Shown here one piece after another: positions 16,380 through 24,205 of a stretch of DNA of 53,315 bases (its first letter is position 1; the number at the start of each line of letters is the position of its first letter). Origin of the DNA: Clostridia bacterium (lineage in GTDB: Bacteria; Bacillota; Clostridia; Oscillospirales; QAMX01); assembly GCA_017533425.1 (NCBI GenBank), contig JAFXIE010000109.1, positions 1 through 53,315 of the forward strand, given 5' to 3'. Below the pieces are notes generated by a model. It ran no database searches. It was not told the DNA's origin and worked only from the letters and a program-made list of their open reading frames with translations. Made by a program: the position numbers and the translations under genes.

Positions 16380-16407
16380 TTGACTTTGCCGGAAATGCCG
16401 CTATAAT
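16380..16407 (+). promoter_or_regulatory. promoter of the MATE transporter gene
   Basis: TTGACT, 16 nt, TATAAT. Confidence 0.6.
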
Positions 16408-16437
16408 ATATAAGTCTGTGTATTTTTTCTGAAAGAG

Positions 16438-17829
16438 GTGGTAAATTTGCGAAGCGCAACGGAAGAAATGTATGCGGCGATGAAGCCCTGGCGTCTTTTT
16501 TTCACGGTGGCCATGCCCGGTATGATCAGCATGTTTGCCATGTCGCTTTACAGCATTGTGGAGGGTATTTTTATCGGCCAGACCCTCGGCGAGAGCGCCT
16601 TTGCGGCCATCAATATTGCCATGCCGCTGGTTATGATCAACTTCTCCCTGGCCGATCTCATCGGCGTCGGCGCATCTGCGCCCATATCCATTGCCCTGGG
16701 GAAAGGAGATCACGAGAGCGCAAACAATGTCTTTTCCTGCGCGGTGATCATGATCTTCCTTGCGGCGGTGCTGATGGGCAGCATTATGTTCTTTGCGGCA
16801 GAGCCCCTGGCGCGCATGATGGGCGCGGACGATCAGCTGCTCATCACCTCGGTCAAATATCTGCGCACCTGCGCCGCCTGCGGCCCCCTTGCCACCCTCT
16901 TTTTTGCGGCGGATAACTTCCTGCGCATCAGCGGCTTTGTCAAAACGAGCATGATCATCAATGTCGGCTCAAATCTTCTGACCATGGGGCTGCTGGCCTT
17001 CCTGCTGCTGGTCTGCCATATGGATGTGGTGGGTTCTGCGCTGGCGGTGTCCCTCTCCATGTCTCTCTGCGCCATCGTTGCCATGATCCCCTTTATCCGC
17101 GGCGAGGCTCTCCTGAAGTTTGCCCGGCCGCGCTTCAGCCTTCGGATGCTCCGGGAGATTGCGGCCTGCGGCTCGCCGGTGTTTTTGAGCAATGTTTCCG
17201 GCCGCGTGACCACCATCCGCATGAATATCTCCCTGATTACCCTCGGCGCGCAGCTGCTGGGGGAGGGCGGCGGCACCACGGCGGTGGCCGTCTATGCGGT
17301 GCTGATGTATGCAAGCGATCTCTGCTGGCCGCTGCTGTATGGCATTGCCGATTCCCTCTCGCCCGCCCTGGGCTTCAACTGGGGGGCAAAAAACTACGGA
17401 CGGGTGCGGAAAATTGCCGGCTGCGCCTATATCGGCACGGCATTCATCGGCCTGGTTTCCACCTCCTTCCTCTTTTTCTTCCCGGGAACGGTGGCCGCAT
17501 GGTTTGTCAGCGCGGAGGATGCGCGCCTGCTGGCCATGTCCACCCACGGCATCCGCCTTTTCTGCTTTGCCTATCTCTTCCGGTGGATCGCGGTGACCAC
17601 CCAGAGCTTTTTCAGCGCCATCGGAAAGCCCCTGCAGGCGACGGTCATGTCGGTGGCGGTGGCCTTTGTGTTCCCGGTGGTGCTGCTGGGCGCTTTGTGG
17701 AGCTTTGGGCTGGACGGGATCTGGTTCAACTTTGTCGGCGTCAATGCCCTGGCGGCGGTGCTTGCCGGAGGGCTGCTCATTCCCCTGCTGCGGGAGATCC
17801 GAAAAAAGGAAAAAGAGCTGCATGCATAA
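16438..17829 (+). CDS. MATE-family efflux transporter
   Basis: 12-TM profile and a typical MATE N-terminus (PGMISMFAMSLYSIVEGIFIGQ). The start is uncertain: GTG 16438, TTG 16447 or ATG 16468. Confidence 0.85.
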   Translation: MVNLRSATEEMYAAMKPWRLFFTVAMPGMISMFAMSLYSIVEGIFIGQTLGESAFAAINIAMPLVMINFSLADLIGVGASAPISIALGKGDHESANNVFSCAVIMIFLAAVLMGSIMFFAAEPLARMMGADDQLLITSVKYLRTCAACGPLATLFFAADNFLRISGFVKTSMIINVGSNLLTMGLLAFLLLVCHMDVVGSALAVSLSMSLCAIVAMIPFIRGEALLKFARPRFSLRMLREIAACGSPVFLSNVSGRVTTIRMNISLITLGAQLLGEGGGTTAVAVYAVLMYASDLCWPLLYGIADSLSPALGFNWGAKNYGRVRKIAGCAYIGTAFIGLVSTSFLFFFPGTVAAWFVSAEDARLLAMSTHGIRLFCFAYLFRWIAVTTQSFFSAIGKPLQATVMSVAVAFVFPVVLLGALWSFGLDGIWFNFVGVNALAAVLAGGLLIPLLREIRKKEKELHA

Positions 17830-17830
17830 G

Positions 17831-17865
17831 AAAACCCGGACTGACGGCAGGTCAGCCCGGGTTTT
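17831..17865. terminator. bidirectional terminator between MATE and putP
   Basis: aaaacccgg-ctgac-ggcag-gtcag-cccgggtttt. Confidence 0.75.
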
Positions 17866-17878
17866 GTATTGTATACGT

Positions 17879-19420
17879 TTAGTTTTCTGCCTTGACAGCC
17901 TCGAAGGTTTCGACGATCTCTGCCTCCGGCTTTTTGCCGAGCAGGGAGACGACGACGATGACAGCGGTGGCCAGCAGGAAAGCGGGGAGAAGCTCGTAAA
18001 TATCCAGCCAGGTTCCGGCGAAGGCCGTGCGGATAACAAACTTCCAGAAGAAAACCATCACGCCGCCGGAAACCATACCGGCGATGGCGCCCCACTTGGT
18101 GGTGCGCTTCCAGAAGAGGGCGAAGAGCACCACGGGACCAAAGGCTGCGCCAAAGCCCGCCCAGGCGAAGGAAACGATCTTGAAGACGGAGCTGTTGGGG
18201 TCGGCAGCGAGGAAAATGGCGATGATGGAAATGATGACCACGGAGATGCGGGCAAGCCACACGGAGGCCTTGTTGGAGAGCTTGACGCCGAAGGATTCCT
18301 GCACCAGGTTCTGAGAGATGCTGGAGGCAGCAGCCAGCAGCTGGGAGTCAGCGGTGGACATGGTGGAGGCAAGAATACCGGCGAGAATGACACCGGCCAC
18401 GACGGCGGGCAGGATGCCGTTGCCGCTGATGACCTTGGCGATATCGACGATGATGGTCTCGGCGGCGGAGGCGGAGCCATAGGTGGGAACAACGCCCTTC
18501 TGCATGAGGCTGTAGCCGATAACACCGATGAGAATGGCAACGCCCATGGAGATGACCACCCAAACGGAGGCCACGCGGCGGGAAAGGGCGAGCTTTTCCT
18601 TATTCTTGATGGCCATAAAGCGCAGCAGGATGTGGGGCATGCCGAAATAGCCGAGACCCCAAGCCAGGGTAGAAACCACCGGCAGTGCGCCGTAGCTCAT
18701 AACGCTTCCGGAGGCGACATTGTAGCCGCGGAAGAGATCGAGATAGCCGTCAAGTCCGGCAACATTTTCCACCACGCTGCCAAAGCCGCCGGTGGTGACG
18801 GCGCCGAAACCGACCACAACGAGGAGGGCGATAGTCATAACGATGGACTGGATAAAGTCGGTGGTGGAGGCCGCGAGGAAGCCGCCGAGGGCGCAGTAGA
18901 TGATGATGACGGCGGCGCTCAGGACCATGGCGAGCATATAATCCATGCCGAAGAGGGAGGCAAAAAGCTTGCCGCAGGCGGCAAAGCCGGAGGCGGTGTA
19001 GGGAACAAAGAAGATGATGATGAAAAGGGCGGCAATGACGGTGAGGATCTTCTTTTTATCCCCGAAGCGGCGGCTGAAGAAGTCCGGCAGGGTGAAGGCA
19101 TCCACCTTCTGGGTGTAGGCGCGCAGGCGCTTTGCCACCACCAGCCAGTTGACATAGGTGCCGATGGCGAGGCCGACGGCTGTCCAAACCGCCTCGGGAA
19201 GGCCGGTCATCAGGGCGACGGCGGGCAGGCCCATCAGAAGCCAGCCGCTCATGTCGGAGGCCTCGGCGCTCATGGCGGTGACCAGGGGGCCGAGGGAGCG
19301 GCCGCCGAGGTAGAAGTCGCCGGAGGTGGCGTTCTTCTTGGAGACCTTAAAGCCGATCATGACCATCATGGCCAGATATAAGAGAATGGTGATGAGAATG
19401 GTGATGAGATTGCGATCCAT
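17879..19420 (-). CDS. putP: sodium:proline symporter (SSS family)
   Basis: DFYLGGRSLGPLVTAMSAEASDMSGWLLMGLPA is a typical PutP N-terminus; 513 aa. Confidence 0.9.
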   Translation of the reverse strand: MDRNLITILITILLYLAMMVMIGFKVSKKNATSGDFYLGGRSLGPLVTAMSAEASDMSGWLLMGLPAVALMTGLPEAVWTAVGLAIGTYVNWLVVAKRLRAYTQKVDAFTLPDFFSRRFGDKKKILTVIAALFIIIFFVPYTASGFAACGKLFASLFGMDYMLAMVLSAAVIIIYCALGGFLAASTTDFIQSIVMTIALLVVVGFGAVTTGGFGSVVENVAGLDGYLDLFRGYNVASGSVMSYGALPVVSTLAWGLGYFGMPHILLRFMAIKNKEKLALSRRVASVWVVISMGVAILIGVIGYSLMQKGVVPTYGSASAAETIIVDIAKVISGNGILPAVVAGVILAGILASTMSTADSQLLAAASSISQNLVQESFGVKLSNKASVWLARISVVIISIIAIFLAADPNSSVFKIVSFAWAGFGAAFGPVVLFALFWKRTTKWGAIAGMVSGGVMVFFWKFVIRTAFAGTWLDIYELLPAFLLATAVIVVVSLLGKKPEAEIVETFEAVKAEN

Positions 19421-19452
19421 GGTAAAACCTTCTTTACAGGAAATTATTCATT

Positions 19453-19481
19453 AGTTTACCATGCTAAAGCGATAAAGTCAA
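19453..19481 (-). promoter_or_regulatory. promoter of putP
   Basis: Minus strand: TTGACT, 17 nt, TGgTAAACT. Confidence 0.5.
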
Positions 19482-19527
19482 GAGCCTGCTATAAATTTCA
19501 TGCAGAAAAACGCTCGGAATAAAAAAT

Positions 19528-19542
19528 GTCCGCGTAGCGGAC
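19528..19542 (-). terminator. small terminator hairpin
   Basis: Minus strand: gtccgc-tac-gcggac followed by aTTTTTTa. Confidence 0.5.
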
Positions 19543-19554
19543 TCCTTGGAACTT

Positions 19555-19635
19555 CTTCACGCTTCACTATTACGTATTACTTCCGCCAAAATCGACTTTT
19601 AAGATAATAGTGAAAAGTGAAGAGTTAATAGTGAA
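19555..19635. repeat. inverted and direct copies of a TAATAGTGAA motif
   Basis: TTCACTATTA at 19563-19572. TAATAGTGAA at 19605-19614 and 19626-19635 (21-bp period). 18-bp inverted repeat cttcacgcttcactatta / taatagtgaaaagtgaag. Confidence 0.8.
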
Positions 19636-19640
19636 AAAGT

Positions 19641-19676
19641 AAAATCGACAAGGCTCTGTCGAACCTTGTCGATTTT
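19641..19676 (-). terminator. rho-independent terminator downstream of the tRNA-Ser pair
   Basis: 13-bp stem aaaatcgacaagg / ccttgtcgatttt. On the minus strand it is followed by acTTTTTc. Confidence 0.7.
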
Positions 19677-19860
19677 GGCAGGGATTTGAAGTGCTTCGCA
19701 CCCCTCTTGCGGTGCCCGGAAAAATCTTCGGGCTTACGCTGATCCTCGATTTTTCCGACCGCTGCGCCTGCAGCCCCTCGCTGTATCGTCCGCCGGACGC
19801 GCTCGGGTCTGCAGCCCGCGACGGAACCGTCGCTCGGGTTCAAATCAACTGCATCAAAGA

Positions 19861-19892
19861 CAAAAGGCATACCCGGATGGGTATGCCTTTTG
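19861..19892 (-). terminator. hairpin immediately after tRNA-Ser(GCU)
   Basis: 14-bp stem caaaaggcataccc / gggtatgccttttg. Confidence 0.7.
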
Positions 19893-19895
19893 CCT

Positions 19896-19985
19896 TGGCG
19901 GAGAAGGAGGGATTTGAACCCTCGCGACGGTCACCCGCCCTACTCCCTTAGCAGGGGAGCCTCTTCACCACTTGAGTACTTCTCC
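19896..19985 (-). tRNA. tRNA-Ser (anticodon GCU), CCA encoded
   Basis: Sense strand is ggagaagtactcaagtggtgaagaggctcccctGCTaagggag, then a long variable arm, then gggttcaaatccctccttctccgcca. Confidence 0.95.
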
Positions 19986-20065
19986 ACGGTGAAAATATAT
20001 ACGCATATGTATCTCGCTTCCGGCACGGAAAAACCTGCTCCGGCGCCGGGGCGCTGGATCTCGTT

Positions 20066-20152
20066 TGGCGGAGAGAGAGGGATTCGAACCCCCGGCCCTT
20101 TCGGGTCACTGGTTTTCAAGACCAGCTCCATAAACCGCTCGGACATCTCTCC
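20066..20152 (-). tRNA. tRNA-Ser (anticodon UGA), CCA encoded
   Basis: Sense strand is ggagagatgtccgagcggtttatggagctggtctTGAaaaccag, then a variable arm, then gggttcgaatccctctctctccgcca. Confidence 0.95.
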
Positions 20153-20174
20153 GTGTCTCTGAAAGCGCTAAGTT

Positions 20175-20203
20175 ATGATAGCACAAAGAAGCGAGGTTGT
20201 CAA
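20175..20203 (-). promoter_or_regulatory. promoter of the tRNA-Ser pair
   Basis: Minus strand: TTGACA, 17 nt, TGcTATCAT. Confidence 0.55.
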
Positions 20204-20215
20204 CCTCACAGAAAG

Positions 20216-20245
20216 AAAAATCGGCATTTCCTGCAGGAAATGCCG
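20216..20245 (-). terminator. terminator after the GntR gene
   Basis: cggcatttcc-tgca-ggaaatgccg, followed on the minus strand by aTTTTTc. Confidence 0.75.
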
Positions 20246-20257
20246 AAAAAAGCCGGG

Positions 20258-20917
20258 TCAGATGGTGGCCATGACGTTTTCCTTGGCCTTGAGGATGTGC
20301 GCCTTGGCGGCGGCCTCCGCTGCGGCGCTGTCCTTTGCCGCAACAGCCTCGTAAATGCGCCGGTGTTCTGCCACGGAGACGGCGGCGCGGCCCTCTGCCT
20401 GGACGGAAAGCTCCCGCACCCGGCGGGTGTAGGTGCTGAAGGCGGCGAGGGAATGGCGCAGGGGACGGCTGCGGCAGGCATCGTAGAGGCTGGCGTGGAA
20501 GGCGGAGTCCAGCTGCCGCACCTGCAGGGCATTATTTTTGCTGACGTAGTATTCCTGCAGCTCCACAATCTCCCGCAGGGCGGAAAGCTCCTCCGGCGTG
20601 GCCTTTTCCGCCGCCCAGCGGGCGGCAAGCCCCTCCAGATTGATGCGGATATCGTAAATATCCGCGATATCCTGCTCGGAAATGCCCACAACGATGGCGC
20701 CCTTGTTGGGAATGTTGTGCACAAGCCCCTCCCGCTCCAACTGGCGAAGGGCTTCCCGCACGGGGGTGCGGGAAACACCGAGCTCCGAGGAAAGCCGCAG
20801 CTCGGACAGGCTCTCACCGGGGGCATAGGTTCCGTCGATGATGCGCTGCTCCACCTCCCGGAAGACCTTGGCGCCGAGGGAGGTGTCCTGCTCGGCGCCG
20901 GGGATACGGGGGCTCAA
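20258..20917 (-). CDS. GntR-family (FadR/FCD subfamily) transcriptional regulator
   Basis: Winged HTH LSELRLSSELGVSRTPVREALRQLEREGLV plus a C-terminal FCD-type helical domain. Confidence 0.9.
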   Translation of the reverse strand: MSPRIPGAEQDTSLGAKVFREVEQRIIDGTYAPGESLSELRLSSELGVSRTPVREALRQLEREGLVHNIPNKGAIVVGISEQDIADIYDIRINLEGLAARWAAEKATPEELSALREIVELQEYYVSKNNALQVRQLDSAFHASLYDACRSRPLRHSLAAFSTYTRRVRELSVQAEGRAAVSVAEHRRIYEAVAAKDSAAAEAAAKAHILKAKENVMATI

Positions 20918-22299
20918 CGGCTCTGAGACGCAAAGCGTCCCGGGGCGAGGGTTTCAATGAGGTTTTCCAGCTCCACCGTGGCGATGACCGTCTGGCGGCC
21001 GGTGGCATACTGGGCGTCCACCCATTCCTTGACCTGCGCAACCAGGGGATCGGCCTTGGTCAGGCGGGCGTTGCCGCGGGGACGGTAATGGTCGTTGATC
21101 CAATAGGCGATGCCGGCAAGGCCGGAGGTGGCGCTGACGGAAACGGCCGCGCCGCGGTTGAGAATCTTCTTGGTGTCGAAAATGTTGTAGATCTCCTCAT
21201 CCTTGAGCAGACCGTCGGCATGGATGCCGGCGCGGGTCATGTTGAAATGCTCGCCGACGAAGGGAGTCATGGGCGGGATATCGTAGCCGATCTCGTTGCG
21301 GTAGTAATCGGCGATCTCGGTGATGACGGTGGTGTCCATGCCGTCGGTGGTGCCGCGCAGGGCGGCATATTCAAAGACCATGGCCTCCAGCGGCACGTTG
21401 CCCGTGCGCTCACCGATGCCCAGCAGCGAGCAGTTGACGGCGCTGGCGCCGAAGAGCCATGCCGTGGCCGCGTTGGCCACCGCCTTGTAGAAATCGTTGT
21501 GGCCGTGCCACTCCAGCTGCTCGGAGGGAACGCCGGAGAGGTGCTGCAGCGCGTAGATGAGACCCGCCACGGAGCGGGGCAGGGCAACGCCGGTGTAAGG
21601 AACGCCGAAGCCCATGGTGTCGCACACGCGCAGCTTGACGGGAACATCGGCCTCCTCGGCCAGCTTCATGATCTCGTTTGCAAAGGGAACCACAAAGCCG
21701 TAAATGTCGGCGCGGGTGATATCCTCCAGATGGCAGCGGGGAATGAGACCGGCATCCAGCGTCTCCTTGATGACGCCGAGATAGTGATCCATGGCCTGAG
21801 AACGGCTCATGTTGAGCTTTTTGAAGATGTGATAGTCGGAGCAGGAGACGAGAATGCCCGTTTCCTTGATGCCGATGTTCTTGACCAGCTCAAAATCCTT
21901 CTTGGAGGCGCGGATCCAGGTGGTGATCTCCGGGAAGGAATAGCCGAGATCCATGCAGGTCTGCAGCGCCCGGCGGTCGGTCTCGCTGTAGACGAAGAAT
22001 TCCGTCTGCCGGATGATGCCCTTGGGGCCGCCAAGGCGGTGGAGCATCTTATAGAGGGTGACCATCTGCTCCAGGGTGTAGGGGGCGCGGGACTGCTGGC
22101 CGTCGCGGAAGGTGGTGTCGGTGATCCAGAGATTCTCCGGGGTGTTCTGCGGCACGCGGCGGAAGTTGAAGGCCGTTTTCGGCACCTCGTCGTAGGTGTA
22201 TATCTCGCGGAAAAGTTCCGGCTCGGTGACGTCCTGCAGGGTGTACTTATAGGGGTCGCGCTCCAGAACGTTGGATTTTTTGTTCAGCTCCAAAGGCAT
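20914..22299 (-). CDS. HMGL-like (pyruvate carboxyltransferase) family synthase; homocitrate / 2-isopropylmalate / possible Re-citrate synthase
   Basis: TDTTFRDGQQS and WHGHNDFY metal-site motifs. ATG at 22299 with AGGAGG 9 nt upstream. The stop overlaps the GntR start. Confidence 0.8.
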   Translation of the reverse strand: MPLELNKKSNVLERDPYKYTLQDVTEPELFREIYTYDEVPKTAFNFRRVPQNTPENLWITDTTFRDGQQSRAPYTLEQMVTLYKMLHRLGGPKGIIRQTEFFVYSETDRRALQTCMDLGYSFPEITTWIRASKKDFELVKNIGIKETGILVSCSDYHIFKKLNMSRSQAMDHYLGVIKETLDAGLIPRCHLEDITRADIYGFVVPFANEIMKLAEEADVPVKLRVCDTMGFGVPYTGVALPRSVAGLIYALQHLSGVPSEQLEWHGHNDFYKAVANAATAWLFGASAVNCSLLGIGERTGNVPLEAMVFEYAALRGTTDGMDTTVITEIADYYRNEIGYDIPPMTPFVGEHFNMTRAGIHADGLLKDEEIYNIFDTKKILNRGAAVSVSATSGLAGIAYWINDHYRPRGNARLTKADPLVAQVKEWVDAQYATGRQTVIATVELENLIETLAPGRFASQSR

Positions 22300-22338
22300 G
22301 ATGGGTTTCCTCCTTGAGGGTAAGTGTATGGTTGTATA

Positions 22339-22350
22339 ATTGTATACAAT
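22339..22350. promoter_or_regulatory. candidate GntR operator
   Basis: Perfect 12-bp palindrome ATTGTATACAAT with a GT..AC core and an adjacent half-site TTGTATAA (22332-22339). It lies just downstream of the -10 element. Confidence 0.5.
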
Positions 22351-22369
22351 CTGCGGGGGTGTTGGGGAT

Positions 22370-22398
22370 ATTATATACGCAGGGCTTCCGCTTGTCAA
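22370..22398 (-). promoter_or_regulatory. promoter of the synthase-GntR operon
   Basis: Minus strand: TTGACA (22398-22393), 17 nt, TATAAT (22375-22370). Confidence 0.65.
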
Positions 22399-22480
22399 TG
22401 GGGTATTCGCATGATTTTAAAAATATTAGGGAAAATGCGCATAATATGCATAAAAACTGTGCAAGCTCTCTCCTTCCGTC

Positions 22481-22567
22481 TTTTTGCCTTGCGGCAAAAA
22501 ACCGACCTCCCTCGTCAGAGGGAGGTCGGGAAACAAAAAGCCACCCCGGAGGGAATCCGGGGTGGCT
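22481..22567 (-). terminator. three consecutive terminator hairpins downstream of gpmI
   Basis: 22539-22567 agccaccccgga / tccggggtggct. 22502-22529 ccgacctccctc / gagggaggtcgg. 22481-22500 tttttgcc / ggcaaaaa. T-runs follow on the minus strand. Confidence 0.75.
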
Positions 22568-22614
22568 TCGGCAGGAACTTTTCGGTTAATTTCAAAAGAA
22601 AGCCCCGGATTACA

Positions 22615-24183
22615 TCAAATAATGCTTTCTTCCCAACATTCCGGTGGAGCTAATCCTAAAATTCTTGCTATCGTGGGCGCAACATTGGCAAGTCCGAAGG
22701 AACCATCGCGAAGTTTATATTCGGTATTTCTGTCATATATGATGAAAGGGACAGGATTAAGAGAGTGAGCTGTACGGATCTGCAGTTCTCCCGCTTTGTT
22801 CTTTTCCAGCATTTCATCCGCGTTGCCGTGATCGGCGGTAATAATCAACGTCATATTGTGGGCATCTGAAGCCTTCAGCAACCGTGAAAGTGCAAGATCT
22901 ACAGCTTCAACGGAAGCAATAGCGGCATCGATATTACCCGTATGGCCAACCATGTCGCCGTTGGGGAAATTACAACGGATAAAATCGTATTTTTCCGATG
23001 CGATCACCTTGATCAGATCATCGGTGATCTCGGCAGATTTCATCCACGGGCGCTCGTCAAAAGGAACCTTGTCAGACGGGATCTCATTGAACATTTCCAG
23101 TGTTTCGCTGAACTTTTCACTTTTGTTTCCGTTCCAGAAGTAGGTAACATGACCGTATTTCTGAGTTTCGGAGACCGCATATTGGTACAGCTGATTGTCA
23201 ACGAGAAGCTCGGAGAGGGTATTGTGTATTTCGGGCGGGGCTACAAGGTATCGCCGGGGTAAATTGAGGTCACCGTCATACTGAAGCATGCCTGCATATA
23301 CGACATCAGGCCGGTATTCTCTGTCAAATCCGCTGAAAATGTCCTGATCAAAGGCCATGGAGAGCTCAAGAGCCCGGTCGCCCCGAAAATTGAAAAGAAT
23401 GACACTGTCTTTATCCACAATTTTTCCGATGGGAAGGCCGTCTTTGGCAATGACGAAAGCAGGCAGATCCTGATCTATGACATGCAGCTCTTTGCGATAT
23501 GTATCAATTGCGGAACGTGCGCAGTCGAACTGCCTGCCAATTCCCAATACATGCGTTTCCCATCCCCGTTTTACCATGGACCAATCGGCTTCATACCGAT
23601 CCATGGTGATTTGCATGCGACCGCCGCCGCTGGCAATCCGGGCATCAAATTCGGCATCATTCAATTGCGCCAGAACTCCTTCAAGCTGCGCAATATACGT
23701 ATGTGCGCTTTCTGCCGGAACATCGCGACCGTCAAGCAGGACGTGAATGCGCACTTTTTGGATGCCGGAATCTTTTGCCTTTTTCAGCATGGCGATGAGA
23801 TGAGAAATGTTTGAATGTACGTTGCCGTCGGAAAGGAGACCGATAAAGTGGAGCGCGGAACGGTTGTTGATACAGTTATCAATGACTTCCTTCCATGCTC
23901 CGGATGAAAACATTTTGCCGCTTTCGATGGATTCATTGACCAGCTTGGCCCCCTGAGCGTATATCTGTCCGCAGCCAAGCGCGTTATGGCCGACTTCACT
24001 GTTGCCCATATCGTCATCGGAAGGGAGGCCGACAGCCTGGCCGTGTGCTTTCAGCCGAGTGTTCGGAAAGGCGGACAGCAACATGTCCAGTGTTGGTGTG
24101 TGTGCCTGCGCGATGGCATCGCCGAGTCCGGTTTTGCTGAAACCGATTCCGTCCATAATTACAAGAAGAACTCTTTTTTTCAT
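22615..24183 (-). CDS. gpmI: 2,3-bisphosphoglycerate-independent phosphoglycerate mutase
   Basis: VLLVIMDGIG...MGNSEVGHNALGCG and ITADHGNADEM motifs; 522 aa. Visibly lower GC than its neighbours. Confidence 0.9.
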   Translation of the reverse strand: MKKRVLLVIMDGIGFSKTGLGDAIAQAHTPTLDMLLSAFPNTRLKAHGQAVGLPSDDDMGNSEVGHNALGCGQIYAQGAKLVNESIESGKMFSSGAWKEVIDNCINNRSALHFIGLLSDGNVHSNISHLIAMLKKAKDSGIQKVRIHVLLDGRDVPAESAHTYIAQLEGVLAQLNDAEFDARIASGGGRMQITMDRYEADWSMVKRGWETHVLGIGRQFDCARSAIDTYRKELHVIDQDLPAFVIAKDGLPIGKIVDKDSVILFNFRGDRALELSMAFDQDIFSGFDREYRPDVVYAGMLQYDGDLNLPRRYLVAPPEIHNTLSELLVDNQLYQYAVSETQKYGHVTYFWNGNKSEKFSETLEMFNEIPSDKVPFDERPWMKSAEITDDLIKVIASEKYDFIRCNFPNGDMVGHTGNIDAAIASVEAVDLALSRLLKASDAHNMTLIITADHGNADEMLEKNKAGELQIRTAHSLNPVPFIIYDRNTEYKLRDGSFGLANVAPTIARILGLAPPECWEESII

Positions 24184-24205
24184 AAAAATATCTCCAAACC
24201 AAAGA

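Noticed and set aside
17666-19381. 571-aa plus-strand ORF over putP
   Set aside because: Antisense to a canonical SSS transporter. The translation is Gly/Asp/Ala-rich nonsense.
19690-19860. A third tRNA, SRP RNA or tmRNA in the GC-rich spacer
   Set aside because: No cloverleaf can be completed. The conserved SRP domain IV and tmRNA end sequences are absent. Only a T-arm-like fragment is present.
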